A stretch of 52,005 bases of DNA from Promethearchaeota archaeon (lineage in GTDB: Archaea; Asgardarchaeota; Lokiarchaeia; Sigyniarchaeales; SOKP01). The position numbers and the translations under genes were made by a program. How positions within the stretch are numbered: the first letter of the stretch is position 1; each line of letters begins with the position of its first letter. The notes beneath the pieces were generated by a model. The model searched no databases. It saw nothing but the letters and a program-made list of their open reading frames with translations, and was not told the DNA's origin. Below, in pieces: positions 8,593 to 17,013 of this stretch. Location: contig JBHLPW010000039.1 of NCBI GenBank assembly GCA_048939015.1, forward strand, positions 1 to 52,005, written 5' to 3'.

Positions 8593-9804
8593 CTAATTTT
8601 CTCCGAATTCTTCCGCCCATGCTTGATATTGTTTTAGCAAAGCTGCATTTGTCATCGGTTTGACTTTTTTAAGTGCTTTTTTGAAATCTTTTAATGAAAT
8701 ATCTCTTACTTTCACTTCTTTATCTGAATCTTCTAAAAGACCACCCATATCTAGTTCACGTACAGGCATCATTATAACTTCACGACATACATTTGCAATA
8801 TCTCTTCCAGAATAACCTTCACTTCTAACCCCTAATTCAATGAAATCTTCTTCAGTTAGCGCTGAATCTACACCTTCAGTGTGGATTTTAAATATTCCTG
8901 CTCTACCTTTTAAATCTGGTAGGGGTACGTGCACTCGTTTTTCAAATCTGCTTAACATAGCATTGTCTATGTCCCAAGGACGGTTTGTTGCCCCCAAGAC
9001 CAATAATGGTTTTCCGTGTGAAGATTTCAATCCTTGTATTTCGCTTAATAGCTGTGTTTTAACCCTTCTTTCACCCCCGCTCTCAGAACCCTCTCCTCTT
9101 TTTGTTGCTACAGAATCAATTTCATCCATGAATATTAGACTAGGTGCTTTTAACCGTGCGACTTTAAATAAAGAACTGATTAACTTTTCACTTTCACCTA
9201 ACCATTTGCTTAATAAATCAGCAGAAGATGCACTAAAGAATGTAGCCTTACATTCGGTAGCAGCTGCTTTAGCCAGTAAAGTTTTACCACATCCTGGAGG
9301 TCCAAATAGTAGAATCCCAGACCAAGGTTTTCTAGCCCCAGTAAATAAATTTGGTTTTGCTATTGGTAAGACAATAGCCTCTCTCACGGCTTGTTTAACA
9401 TTTTCTAATCCTGCAATATCATCCCATCTTACGTTAGGGGATTCTGTAACAATTGTACCAGAGATCATATCAATCAGTTCTTGTTCTTCAGATGATACTC
9501 CTGCTTCAGCTTTTGATTCATCATCGTCCCCTGAAGCGTCAGGTCTTCTAGATGGCCTTGCACTTCTAGGACCACCAAGTTGAGATTTTAATATTTTTGC
9601 ACGATCAACATATTCCTCAATGTTTTTTTGACATAGCATTCTCATTTGAGGATTCTTATTATATTTCATAAATTGCACTAATATTTCAGCTGCACGTTGA
9701 TATTTATTAATTGCTTGCCGATATTTTCCTTGGCTATCTAATAAAACAGCTTCCTTCGCAGTTGATACCGCATATTGATAAAGTTTTGAATCTACCGACG
9801 ACAT
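8593..9804 (-). CDS. vps4: Vps4 AAA+ ATPase with N-terminal MIT domain
   Basis: MIT (AKEAVLLDSQGKYRQAINKY...EYVDRAKILK), Walker A GPPGCGKT, Walker B IFMDEID, SRH GATNRPWDID, pore loop SKWLGESEK. Confidence 0.95.
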   Translation of the reverse strand: MSSVDSKLYQYAVSTAKEAVLLDSQGKYRQAINKYQRAAEILVQFMKYNKNPQMRMLCQKNIEEYVDRAKILKSQLGGPRSARPSRRPDASGDDDESKAEAGVSSEEQELIDMISGTIVTESPNVRWDDIAGLENVKQAVREAIVLPIAKPNLFTGARKPWSGILLFGPPGCGKTLLAKAAATECKATFFSASSADLLSKWLGESEKLISSLFKVARLKAPSLIFMDEIDSVATKRGEGSESGGERRVKTQLLSEIQGLKSSHGKPLLVLGATNRPWDIDNAMLSRFEKRVHVPLPDLKGRAGIFKIHTEGVDSALTEEDFIELGVRSEGYSGRDIANVCREVIMMPVRELDMGGLLEDSDKEVKVRDISLKDFKKALKKVKPMTNAALLKQYQAWAEEFGEN

Positions 9805-9992
9805 GATAACTTTTTTAAAACTATTTTATTATTTGAATTTAATCTAATTTAACAATTAGTAATATTAATAATTTTATTAGCATATATCAAATTTACTCTT
9901 TAACCTAAGGAGTATAATGATTGGTCTCCAAAAAATTAAATACCAATCATAGCATTTATATATTAAATAATAACTAATTAGATTTGATAAAA

Positions 9993-10631
9993 ATGGGTTT
10001 CTTAAAAGATATTTCTAAGTGGTTATCAGGAAATAGACGAGACAAAGACACAGTTCGCTCTGCCTCTGTCAAACTGAAGGTTTTCAATAAGAGATTGATG
10101 AGACAGGTAAAAAAGTTGGAGATGAGTGGGAAATTAGCGAGGGATAAAGCTGTAAATCTCAGAAAGCAAGGGGATTTAGAGGGTTCAAAATTTCACGCGA
10201 GGAACTACCTCCAAATAAAAAAACAAAGTCGTGCTGTTGAAATGTTTCGCACAAATTTAGAAGGATTGCAATTCAAGCTAGAACAAGCAACAGCAGTTAA
10301 AGATGTATCACAAATCATGACGGGAATTGCCCAATCTCTATCGACATTAAAAACACAGCTTTCAGTACCGCAAATGACAGAAATAATGAGCCAAATTGAT
10401 ATTGATATGGAAGAATTTGCCGTAACAGCTGATATTGCAACAGAAGGCATGGATAGTATCAGTATCGATACTGCTGTAACAGATTCAGATGTAAGTGAAG
10501 TTTTAGGGGAAATTGATGCGGAAATACAAGTAGAGATGGGCGTAGCTTTACCTAGTACGGCAGAAGGAGCTTCAGATGAAAAGATAGCCGAATTAGAGAA
10601 AGAATTAAATCGTTTGAAATCTGATCAATAA
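9993..10631 (+). CDS. ESCRT-III Snf7-family subunit (Vps2/24/46-like)
   Basis: Basic N-terminal helices, AKxHARNY-like motif (SKFHARNYLQ), acidic C-terminal half, terminal MIM1-like ELEKELNRLK; divergent from vps4. Confidence 0.88.
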   Translation: MGFLKDISKWLSGNRRDKDTVRSASVKLKVFNKRLMRQVKKLEMSGKLARDKAVNLRKQGDLEGSKFHARNYLQIKKQSRAVEMFRTNLEGLQFKLEQATAVKDVSQIMTGIAQSLSTLKTQLSVPQMTEIMSQIDIDMEEFAVTADIATEGMDSISIDTAVTDSDVSEVLGEIDAEIQVEMGVALPSTAEGASDEKIAELEKELNRLKSDQ

Positions 10632-10785
10632 ATTTATTTTTTTGTTCTTCGCATTCTAATAATTACAAATTTTTCAAAAAAGTAATATACTATTGATTAA
10701 ACTTAAAAATATAATTTACAATTATAGATTTAATTATAAAATTAAATTTAGTGCATAATTTCTATGCCTTCACTGGTGATGTATA

Positions 10786-11358
10786 ATGGCTAATAACTCA
10801 TCCACAACAGCTCTTTCATTTAAAGTGATAATCATAGGACCGGGTGCAGTGGGGAAAACCAGTTTACTTAATAGGTTTGTACACAATGAATTTTCTTTAA
10901 AATACAAATTAACTATTGGCGTTGATTTCTTAACTAAAGTCATAGAGTATGAACCTGGAAAAACCGCAAAACTCCATATATGGGACATAGGAGGACAAGA
11001 AAAATTTAAATTTCTCCATCGTAGCTTTTATGAAGGTGCATTTGGAGCATTAGTTGTTTTTGATCTCTCAAGACATCGAACTTTTTCAAGTATGAAAGAA
11101 TGGCTTTCCGAAATGCGAAATATAGTAATTAATGACATCCCTAGTGCAATAATAGGAAATAAATCAGATCTAATACCTGAAATTGGCCAGATAATAGATA
11201 GAAAAGAAGTTGAAGAATATGCAAAAAAACAAGATTGTCTTTATGTTGAAACCTCAGCTAAAACTGGAGACAATGTTGAAAAAGCTTTCCTTGAACTTAC
11301 ACATCTCATGATAAATAAAATGGGAAAATTGGTAAGCAAAAGCAAAGAGGACTCATAA
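10786..11358 (+). CDS. Rab-like small GTPase
   Basis: GPGAVGKT, TIGVDF, KLHIWDIGGQE, NKSD, ETSAK; no C-terminal Cys motif. Confidence 0.95.
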   Translation: MANNSSTTALSFKVIIIGPGAVGKTSLLNRFVHNEFSLKYKLTIGVDFLTKVIEYEPGKTAKLHIWDIGGQEKFKFLHRSFYEGAFGALVVFDLSRHRTFSSMKEWLSEMRNIVINDIPSAIIGNKSDLIPEIGQIIDRKEVEEYAKKQDCLYVETSAKTGDNVEKAFLELTHLMINKMGKLVSKSKEDS

Positions 11359-11487
11359 AGAGCTCCACATTTTTATATAATTTTCTCCATTTCTATCAAT
11401 TAACTCAAAAATAAATCTTAGCAAAATTATTAAAAGATTTATATCTATTTTAAACTTATTCTACAAATCTAATAATTGTAAAAAGTA

Positions 11488-12513
11488 GTGATAATCATGG
11501 TTTTACCAGAATTAATTACGATTGGAAGTAATACTTTAGACGTTATAATTGATATTGACGATATATTACGTTTTGAATTAATGGATAGAGATATTATAAA
11601 AAAGTATACTGCCATTGAATATTCTCGTAAATTGAATGTTAAAAACGTCAGATTTGTACCTGGAGGCTCAGGTGCTAATATTGCAGCTAATTGCTCTATG
11701 CTAGGCTTAAAAAGTGCATATGTAGGTATAATGGGAAATGATTTTTCAGCAGAAATTTGTTTAACTGATTTGAGAAAGCGAGGAGTAGATCTTTCTCACG
11801 TTATACAAACAGAAAGAGATACTACTGCATTATCGATAATATTAAGAACACCATGGGGTAAGGATAGAAGTATTCTTGCATATAAAGGGGCTAATAATTT
11901 ATTAAATCCATCAGATGTTGATGATGGATTTTTCAATAATATTAAAGCGTTCGCTTGGACATCTTTAACCAACGATGGTGCCTGCAAGGCAATAGAAAAA
12001 GCAATAACATTAACAAAAAATAAAGGAGGTATGGTGTTTGCGGCTCCAAGTATGTCAATTATTAAAAATGCATCAAATTGGGCAAAAATCTTAATTTCCA
12101 ATTCTGATGTAGTATCAATGAATTTAGAAGAAGCCCAAGAATTTACAGGTGAAAGTAAGAAAACACTAATGATTAAAAATTTCTTGGATATGGGAATTAA
12201 ATTAATTTCTATAACGGATGGTCCGAATGGTTCAATCATTTCTGATGGAAAAACAATTATAAATAGTGGTGTTTATAGTGCAGGTAATGTAGAAGATACC
12301 ACGGGTGCAGGTGATGCATTCTTAACGGGGATTTTAATTTCTTGTCTAAATAATTTCTCTCTTGAGAAAACATCAAAAATGGCAACCGCAATGTCTTACT
12401 TAGAATGTTTAGAAGTGGGAGTTCGAGAAGGTTTACCTCAAAGTGTAGCAGAGCTTGAAAAATTTGTAAATGAAAATACAATAAAGCAGGTTATATCTGA
12501 AATTGTTGAATAA
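11488..12513 (+). CDS. PfkB/ribokinase-family carbohydrate kinase
   Basis: GGSGANIA and DTTGAGDAF signatures. Confidence 0.92.
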   Translation: MIIMVLPELITIGSNTLDVIIDIDDILRFELMDRDIIKKYTAIEYSRKLNVKNVRFVPGGSGANIAANCSMLGLKSAYVGIMGNDFSAEICLTDLRKRGVDLSHVIQTERDTTALSIILRTPWGKDRSILAYKGANNLLNPSDVDDGFFNNIKAFAWTSLTNDGACKAIEKAITLTKNKGGMVFAAPSMSIIKNASNWAKILISNSDVVSMNLEEAQEFTGESKKTLMIKNFLDMGIKLISITDGPNGSIISDGKTIINSGVYSAGNVEDTTGAGDAFLTGILISCLNNFSLEKTSKMATAMSYLECLEVGVREGLPQSVAELEKFVNENTIKQVISEIVE

Positions 12514-12585
12514 AACAGATTTATTAAGAATCATTAAATTTTAATTTTAAAAAATATTCTTATTATTATTCTAATTATTATCAAT

Positions 12586-12657
12586 GCGCTCTTAGTATAG
12601 TGGTAAGTATGCCAGGTTGCCAACCTGGCGACCCGGGTTCAATTCCCGGAGGGCGCA
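12586..12657 (+). tRNA. tRNA-Gly(GCC)
   Basis: Acceptor GCGCTCT/AGGGCGC+A, anticodon arm CCAGG-TTGCCAA-CCTGG, T arm CCGGG-TTCAATT-CCCGG; CCA not encoded. Confidence 0.97.
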
Positions 12658-12691
12658 TATCTTTCACTTTCCCTTTTAGAGGATATTAATC

Positions 12692-12838
12692 TTGGAAGAA
12701 ATAAAGGAACTGTATGAAAAATTAAACGCTGTTTCCGAGAAAGAACGAGCAGAACTCTGGAAAATTATTATTGAAAAAAATAGAATTCTTTTTAATAGAA
12801 GAAGGGATGAATTGAATAAAATTTTAAAAAATAGATAA
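12692..12838 (+). CDS. small 48-aa helical protein missing from the ORF track
   Basis: TTG start after AGAGGA SD-like motif; MEEIKELYEKLNAVSEKERAELWKIIIEKNRILFNRRRDELNKILKNR then TAA. Confidence 0.55.
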   Translation: MEEIKELYEKLNAVSEKERAELWKIIIEKNRILFNRRRDELNKILKNR

Positions 12839-12876
12839 TATATTAACTTATTAACTTAATATCAAGAGGTCCAAAT

Positions 12877-13893
12877 ATGAGTATAGACATATCAGATGGT
12901 ATTGATAGTGGTAATTTAACAATAAAAATTCTAACCACAAATACAACCCTCGCAACTCTATTAACAAATGAAAAATTTGAAGGAAAAGTAATACAACCCC
13001 AGACTAATTCAAGTAAATATTTAGCAGAGCATGGTCTTGCTATGAGTATCGAAATCAAACAAGGAGAAGAGACGAAAAAATATCTTTTAGATGCAGGAGG
13101 ACCAAGAAATTCTATAATTTCTAACGCAGAAGCTATGGGTATAGATTTTAAGGATTATGATAAATTGATCTTAAGTCATGGGCATGTAGATCATTTTGGA
13201 GGGTTGATGAGTGTACTTCCTAAACTTAAAGAAGGATGTGAGATAATTATTACTCCTAATTCTTTTAATCAAAATTCTATTTTAGTTCCAAAAGCAAATC
13301 AAAAATTTTACTCTCCAGAAGAATTAACAGAAAGATTTCGTGAACTGCAGAAAGAAAATGCTTTTCTCTTTAGTATAAAATTACCCTCAATGAATAAAAC
13401 ACTAATTGAGAACATCGCTACTCAGAATAAACTTAAGATTGTAGAGACCCAAATACCAATTAAATTAACTAAAGGAATTACTACTAGTGGAGAAATTGAA
13501 ATTCTTGATGAGAATGAACTTACTAAGGGGATTTATTTAATGAAAAGCAGAAAGGAATTTGAAAAAAATACCTTTAGAGACGAAATTTCAATCTATATAG
13601 ATGTTAAGGATAAAGGACTTGTAGTGATTTCAGGATGTGGACACGCTGGAATTATAAATACAATTAAACATGGACAAAAATTAACAGGAATCAATAAGAT
13701 TTATGCTGTTATCGGTGGATTTCATAAAGAGTGGGAAAAAACTGAGGATATAGAAGAATCAGTTCGAATTATTGAAGAATTGAATCCTGAAATAACATGT
13801 GGAATGCATTGTACTGGGTTTGAATTTAATAAAATAATGTCTCGACATCCATCTCATACCTTTGGGATTGTTGGAACAGAGTTTCATTTATAA
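12877..13893 (+). CDS. MBL-fold metallo-hydrolase
   Basis: AEHGL, LSHGHVDHFGG, SGCGHAG, GGFH, MHCTG. Confidence 0.92.
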   Translation: MSIDISDGIDSGNLTIKILTTNTTLATLLTNEKFEGKVIQPQTNSSKYLAEHGLAMSIEIKQGEETKKYLLDAGGPRNSIISNAEAMGIDFKDYDKLILSHGHVDHFGGLMSVLPKLKEGCEIIITPNSFNQNSILVPKANQKFYSPEELTERFRELQKENAFLFSIKLPSMNKTLIENIATQNKLKIVETQIPIKLTKGITTSGEIEILDENELTKGIYLMKSRKEFEKNTFRDEISIYIDVKDKGLVVISGCGHAGIINTIKHGQKLTGINKIYAVIGGFHKEWEKTEDIEESVRIIEELNPEITCGMHCTGFEFNKIMSRHPSHTFGIVGTEFHL

Positions 13894-13955
13894 TTTTTTT
13901 TAAATATTATATTTTATCTCAATAGACGTAAATTGAATAAAATTTAAGTGAGAAA

Positions 13956-14264
13956 ATGGTAAATCTTGATTATGATATAATTATTGAAATTTTTGAAAGT
14001 GATGGTATTTGCACTCATCATAAAGTCGGTGAAAAATTCAAATACCCAGAGGATAGAGGCAAAATTTGTCAATGGTTATTAGATAGTATGAATTCAATGA
14101 TTCGTGTCTTAAAGTATGGTGGTACTCTTCCATGGACTTATAGCAACACACCTTATGAAAAAAAGATTGATCTTAAAGGAATTACAACTGAATTTGTACG
14201 TTGTCCAGATCCAACAGCTAAAATAATTGCCAAAATTACACGAATCCCAAATTCAAATGAATAA
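13956..14264 (+). CDS. small Cys-containing protein, TIGR04076-like family
   Basis: GICTHHKVGEKF...ICQW...RCPDP pattern. Confidence 0.7.
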   Translation: MVNLDYDIIIEIFESDGICTHHKVGEKFKYPEDRGKICQWLLDSMNSMIRVLKYGGTLPWTYSNTPYEKKIDLKGITTEFVRCPDPTAKIIAKITRIPNSNE

Positions 14265-15098
14265 TTAATCTGTCCAGAAGTTTTTAGCTAGATTTCGTCG
14301 CTTGTTCCAAAGTTCATTTTTTCCAGAAAAACCTATTATTCCCGCACCTTTATCGGCATCTTTAATTTGCCACATTCCACTTACAGCTCCAGTTAATGCC
14401 CCAGACAAAACCTCGAATCCTTGTGCAGTATACAAATCACATTCGACTCCACGATTAATTATAAATTTTAATTGACGTATACCTTGCTGATTCTTTGAAG
14501 CTAAAACCTCAAGTAATTTTTTAACCTCTAAATCAAGCTGATCATTAGGAACAACACGATTCCATAAATTCCACTCTACAGCCCTTTTTGCTGAATGCAA
14601 GGCGCCAATTAAGTTTATTTCTTTTGCCCGACGTCTACCTATTAGTCTTGCTAAGCGTGTAGTGCCCCCCCAACCTGGAGTGATACCAACATCAACTTCA
14701 GGCATACCCCATTTAGCCCTCTCTGTAGCAATAACAAAATCACATGCCATAGTAATTTCTAAGCCACCTCCAACAGCATAACCGTCCACTGCAGCAATGG
14801 TTATTTTATCTAATTCTTCTAACTGATTTGCCATATTTTGATAATAGCGAACACGGCGAGTAATATCGTTTGCATTTCCCCAATTCATCATTTCATTAAT
14901 ATCATCACCAACACTGAAATTATCCCCCGCACCCTTTATTACAAGAAATTTAATCTTTGTTGACTTCCGAATTTCTTCAATAACATATACAATCTCGTCT
15001 GAGAGTTGCATACTTAAAGCATTAAATACTTTTGGTCTATTGAGGGTAATCCAGACTACATTTTCTTTTTCTTCATATATTAGTTGTTCAAATTTCAT
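14265..15098 (-). CDS. enoyl-CoA hydratase/isomerase (crotonase) family
   Basis: ITLNRPKVFNALS, FSVGDDI, AAVDGYAVGGGLE, GMPEVDVGITPGWGG. Confidence 0.93.
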   Translation of the reverse strand: MKFEQLIYEEKENVVWITLNRPKVFNALSMQLSDEIVYVIEEIRKSTKIKFLVIKGAGDNFSVGDDINEMMNWGNANDITRRVRYYQNMANQLEELDKITIAAVDGYAVGGGLEITMACDFVIATERAKWGMPEVDVGITPGWGGTTRLARLIGRRRAKEINLIGALHSAKRAVEWNLWNRVVPNDQLDLEVKKLLEVLASKNQQGIRQLKFIINRGVECDLYTAQGFEVLSGALTGAVSGMWQIKDADKGAGIIGFSGKNELWNKRRNLAKNFWTD

Positions 15099-15327
15099 AA
15101 ATTAAGTTTCAATCATATTGTTATTAAAGGTTCTTCATAAGTTAATCCAATCTTAGAATATGTCATTTAATACTTGAAGTGATATTTCCTAAATAACATG
15201 GAGGAAGTCTCGGGAGATATATAAAACAGCGTGAAAGGTCTGTTTCACGAATATTTAAAATATTAAGATTAGCTTCGTGAAGTACATCAGTTGAATAATA
15301 TAAAAAAAACAGAATGGGTAATACTTA

Positions 15328-16167
15328 TTATAATAACCCTAGCAGATCTGTCACTCCACTAATTTTTGGAACATCAATTTTAAAATAGTTATGGACAATA
15401 TCTATTAAAAATGATAAATAGGGTTTATTTATTTTATCGTCATATTTTTTTGAGATATGTTCTATGATATCTTTTGATGTTAAACCTTTTGCTTCTTCAT
15501 TCTGTATAAGTTCCGTTATACATTTTGAGTATTCATAAGCTTTATTTATCTCATTTCTTAATAGAATTACTCCTGCCATCAAATCATATTCTGTTAGAAA
15601 TTTAGTAACCATTTCCTTTTCAAAATCTAATTTCTTTGGATTAATAAGCTTTTCTTTATCTCTGATAATTTCTCGATTTTTGAAGACAATATACTCTTTA
15701 AAATTACTCTTTTTTGATTGATATTCCTCTTCAGATAAGATTACAATATCAAAATCAAAAGTATTTTCCATTACAGCTTTAAAGAAATTAATTATATGGT
15801 TATATAGAAATTCTTGATCTGAAAGAATTATTGCTTTCTTGCCTAAAAAAATGGTTTTAATAACATTTACCATTAAAACATCTGGAATATTTAATCTAAT
15901 TAAATCAAATTTAATTGTTTCTGTTTCTGGTTTGATAGACTCTTCAGTAGATGCACTTTCTGGGAGTTCTATTTTAAAATCAGCTACTAAACAATCTCTC
16001 ACGGTTAAATTTTTATCAACATATGCAATAAAAGAATGTTCACAGATCATTCCTGCCGCAATATTGATTGCTATCAGACCTTTTGAAACATTTTTTGTAG
16101 CATCATCTCCAATCTCAACATGTTCCCATTTTTTACAGATTGGACAACGAATTTCAACCTTCGCCAT
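15328..16167 (-). CDS. hypothetical protein with N-terminal Zn ribbon
   Basis: CPIC...ICEH metal-ligand pattern followed by an alpha/beta domain. Confidence 0.75.
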   Translation of the reverse strand: MAKVEIRCPICKKWEHVEIGDDATKNVSKGLIAINIAAGMICEHSFIAYVDKNLTVRDCLVADFKIELPESASTEESIKPETETIKFDLIRLNIPDVLMVNVIKTIFLGKKAIILSDQEFLYNHIINFFKAVMENTFDFDIVILSEEEYQSKKSNFKEYIVFKNREIIRDKEKLINPKKLDFEKEMVTKFLTEYDLMAGVILLRNEINKAYEYSKCITELIQNEEAKGLTSKDIIEHISKKYDDKINKPYLSFLIDIVHNYFKIDVPKISGVTDLLGLL

Positions 16168-16313
16168 ATTCAGGGAAATTTTATTTAAATAGATAATAAC
16201 AATAATGAAAAACTGTTCTTATGCATCCTTATTTTTATATACATCAAATATTGTATTATTACTTTATAAATTTGCTCAACAATATAGAATATAGTAAGAA
16301 AAGCGAAGTACTT

Positions 16314-16793
16314 TTAATATCTTTTAATTCTACCGTAATTTTTCTCTATTAGATTAGCAATAAGCAGACAAAATACTGCACTTAGAATTTCTGCTATTAA
16401 AAAAGCTATGGTATTATCAAAGAATGCAATAGAGATTAAAAAGACAATAAAGAAAAAGCAACTAAAAAAGATAAAAATAATCAATAATGGTTTAGTTATT
16501 GGAACACTTAAAAATCTCTTAAGAGTTGAACTTTTGATTTTAGATTTAAGAAATCTAGTCCTCAATTTTTCTCTTCTCTCAACTTGTGCATAGCTTTCAA
16601 AAATAATAAGTGCTGCATAGAATAATGCCACCCATATACCAATGGGGATTAAAACAACAATTATATGGTTACCCATCGCTAAAAAATATTGACCTATAAA
16701 TATAAAGAGTAATTGGAACATTCCGCTCATTCCTAGCAATAACATTCCACTTCCAAAGTATTCCTTTGATGACCAACGAATCCTAAGCGGCAT
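16314..16793 (-). CDS. 4-TM hypothetical membrane protein
   Basis: Four hydrophobic segments; start moved to ATG16793 because the track's N-terminus overlaps tRNA-Val. Confidence 0.75.
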   Translation of the reverse strand: MPLRIRWSSKEYFGSGMLLLGMSGMFQLLFIFIGQYFLAMGNHIIVVLIPIGIWVALFYAALIIFESYAQVERREKLRTRFLKSKIKSSTLKRFLSVPITKPLLIIFIFFSCFFFIVFLISIAFFDNTIAFLIAEILSAVFCLLIANLIEKNYGRIKRY

Positions 16794-16819
16794 TTTAATC
16801 TTTGTTTTATTGTAATTAG

Positions 16820-16909
16820 TGGGCCCGGCGCGATTTGAACGCACGACCTTCCGCACGTCAAGCGGACGTCATTTCGGGTTTGATACTTACCGAGCTAGAC
16901 CACGGGCCC
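16820..16909 (-). tRNA. tRNA-Val(GAC) with 16-nt intron in the D-loop (16872-16887)
   Basis: Minus strand: GGGCCCG TG GTCT AGCTCGGTA [AGTATCAAACCCGAAA] TGAC G TCCGC TTGACGT GCGGA AGGTC GTGCG TTCAAAT CGCGC CGGGCCC A; 74 nt after splicing. Confidence 0.92.
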
Positions 16910-17013
16910 TTATATTCATAATGAAATTACTCGTATGTAATTTAGAATATTAAAAGATAAATATTTTATTAAAATTCAGAAGATTAAAAAGTAATATAAA
17001 AAAAAAGAAAATA

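Noticed and set aside
8840-9583. 247-aa + strand ORF
   Set aside because: Antisense shadow of vps4 with no recognisable motif. The other short ORFs nested in or antisense to well-supported genes were rejected likewise.
16794-16856. Extended N-terminus of the membrane protein
   Set aside because: Overlaps the tRNA-Val gene; ATG16793 is the plausible start.
12586-16909. Region between the two tRNAs as an integrated element
   Set aside because: No integrase or transposase, and no duplicated tRNA 3' end was seen.
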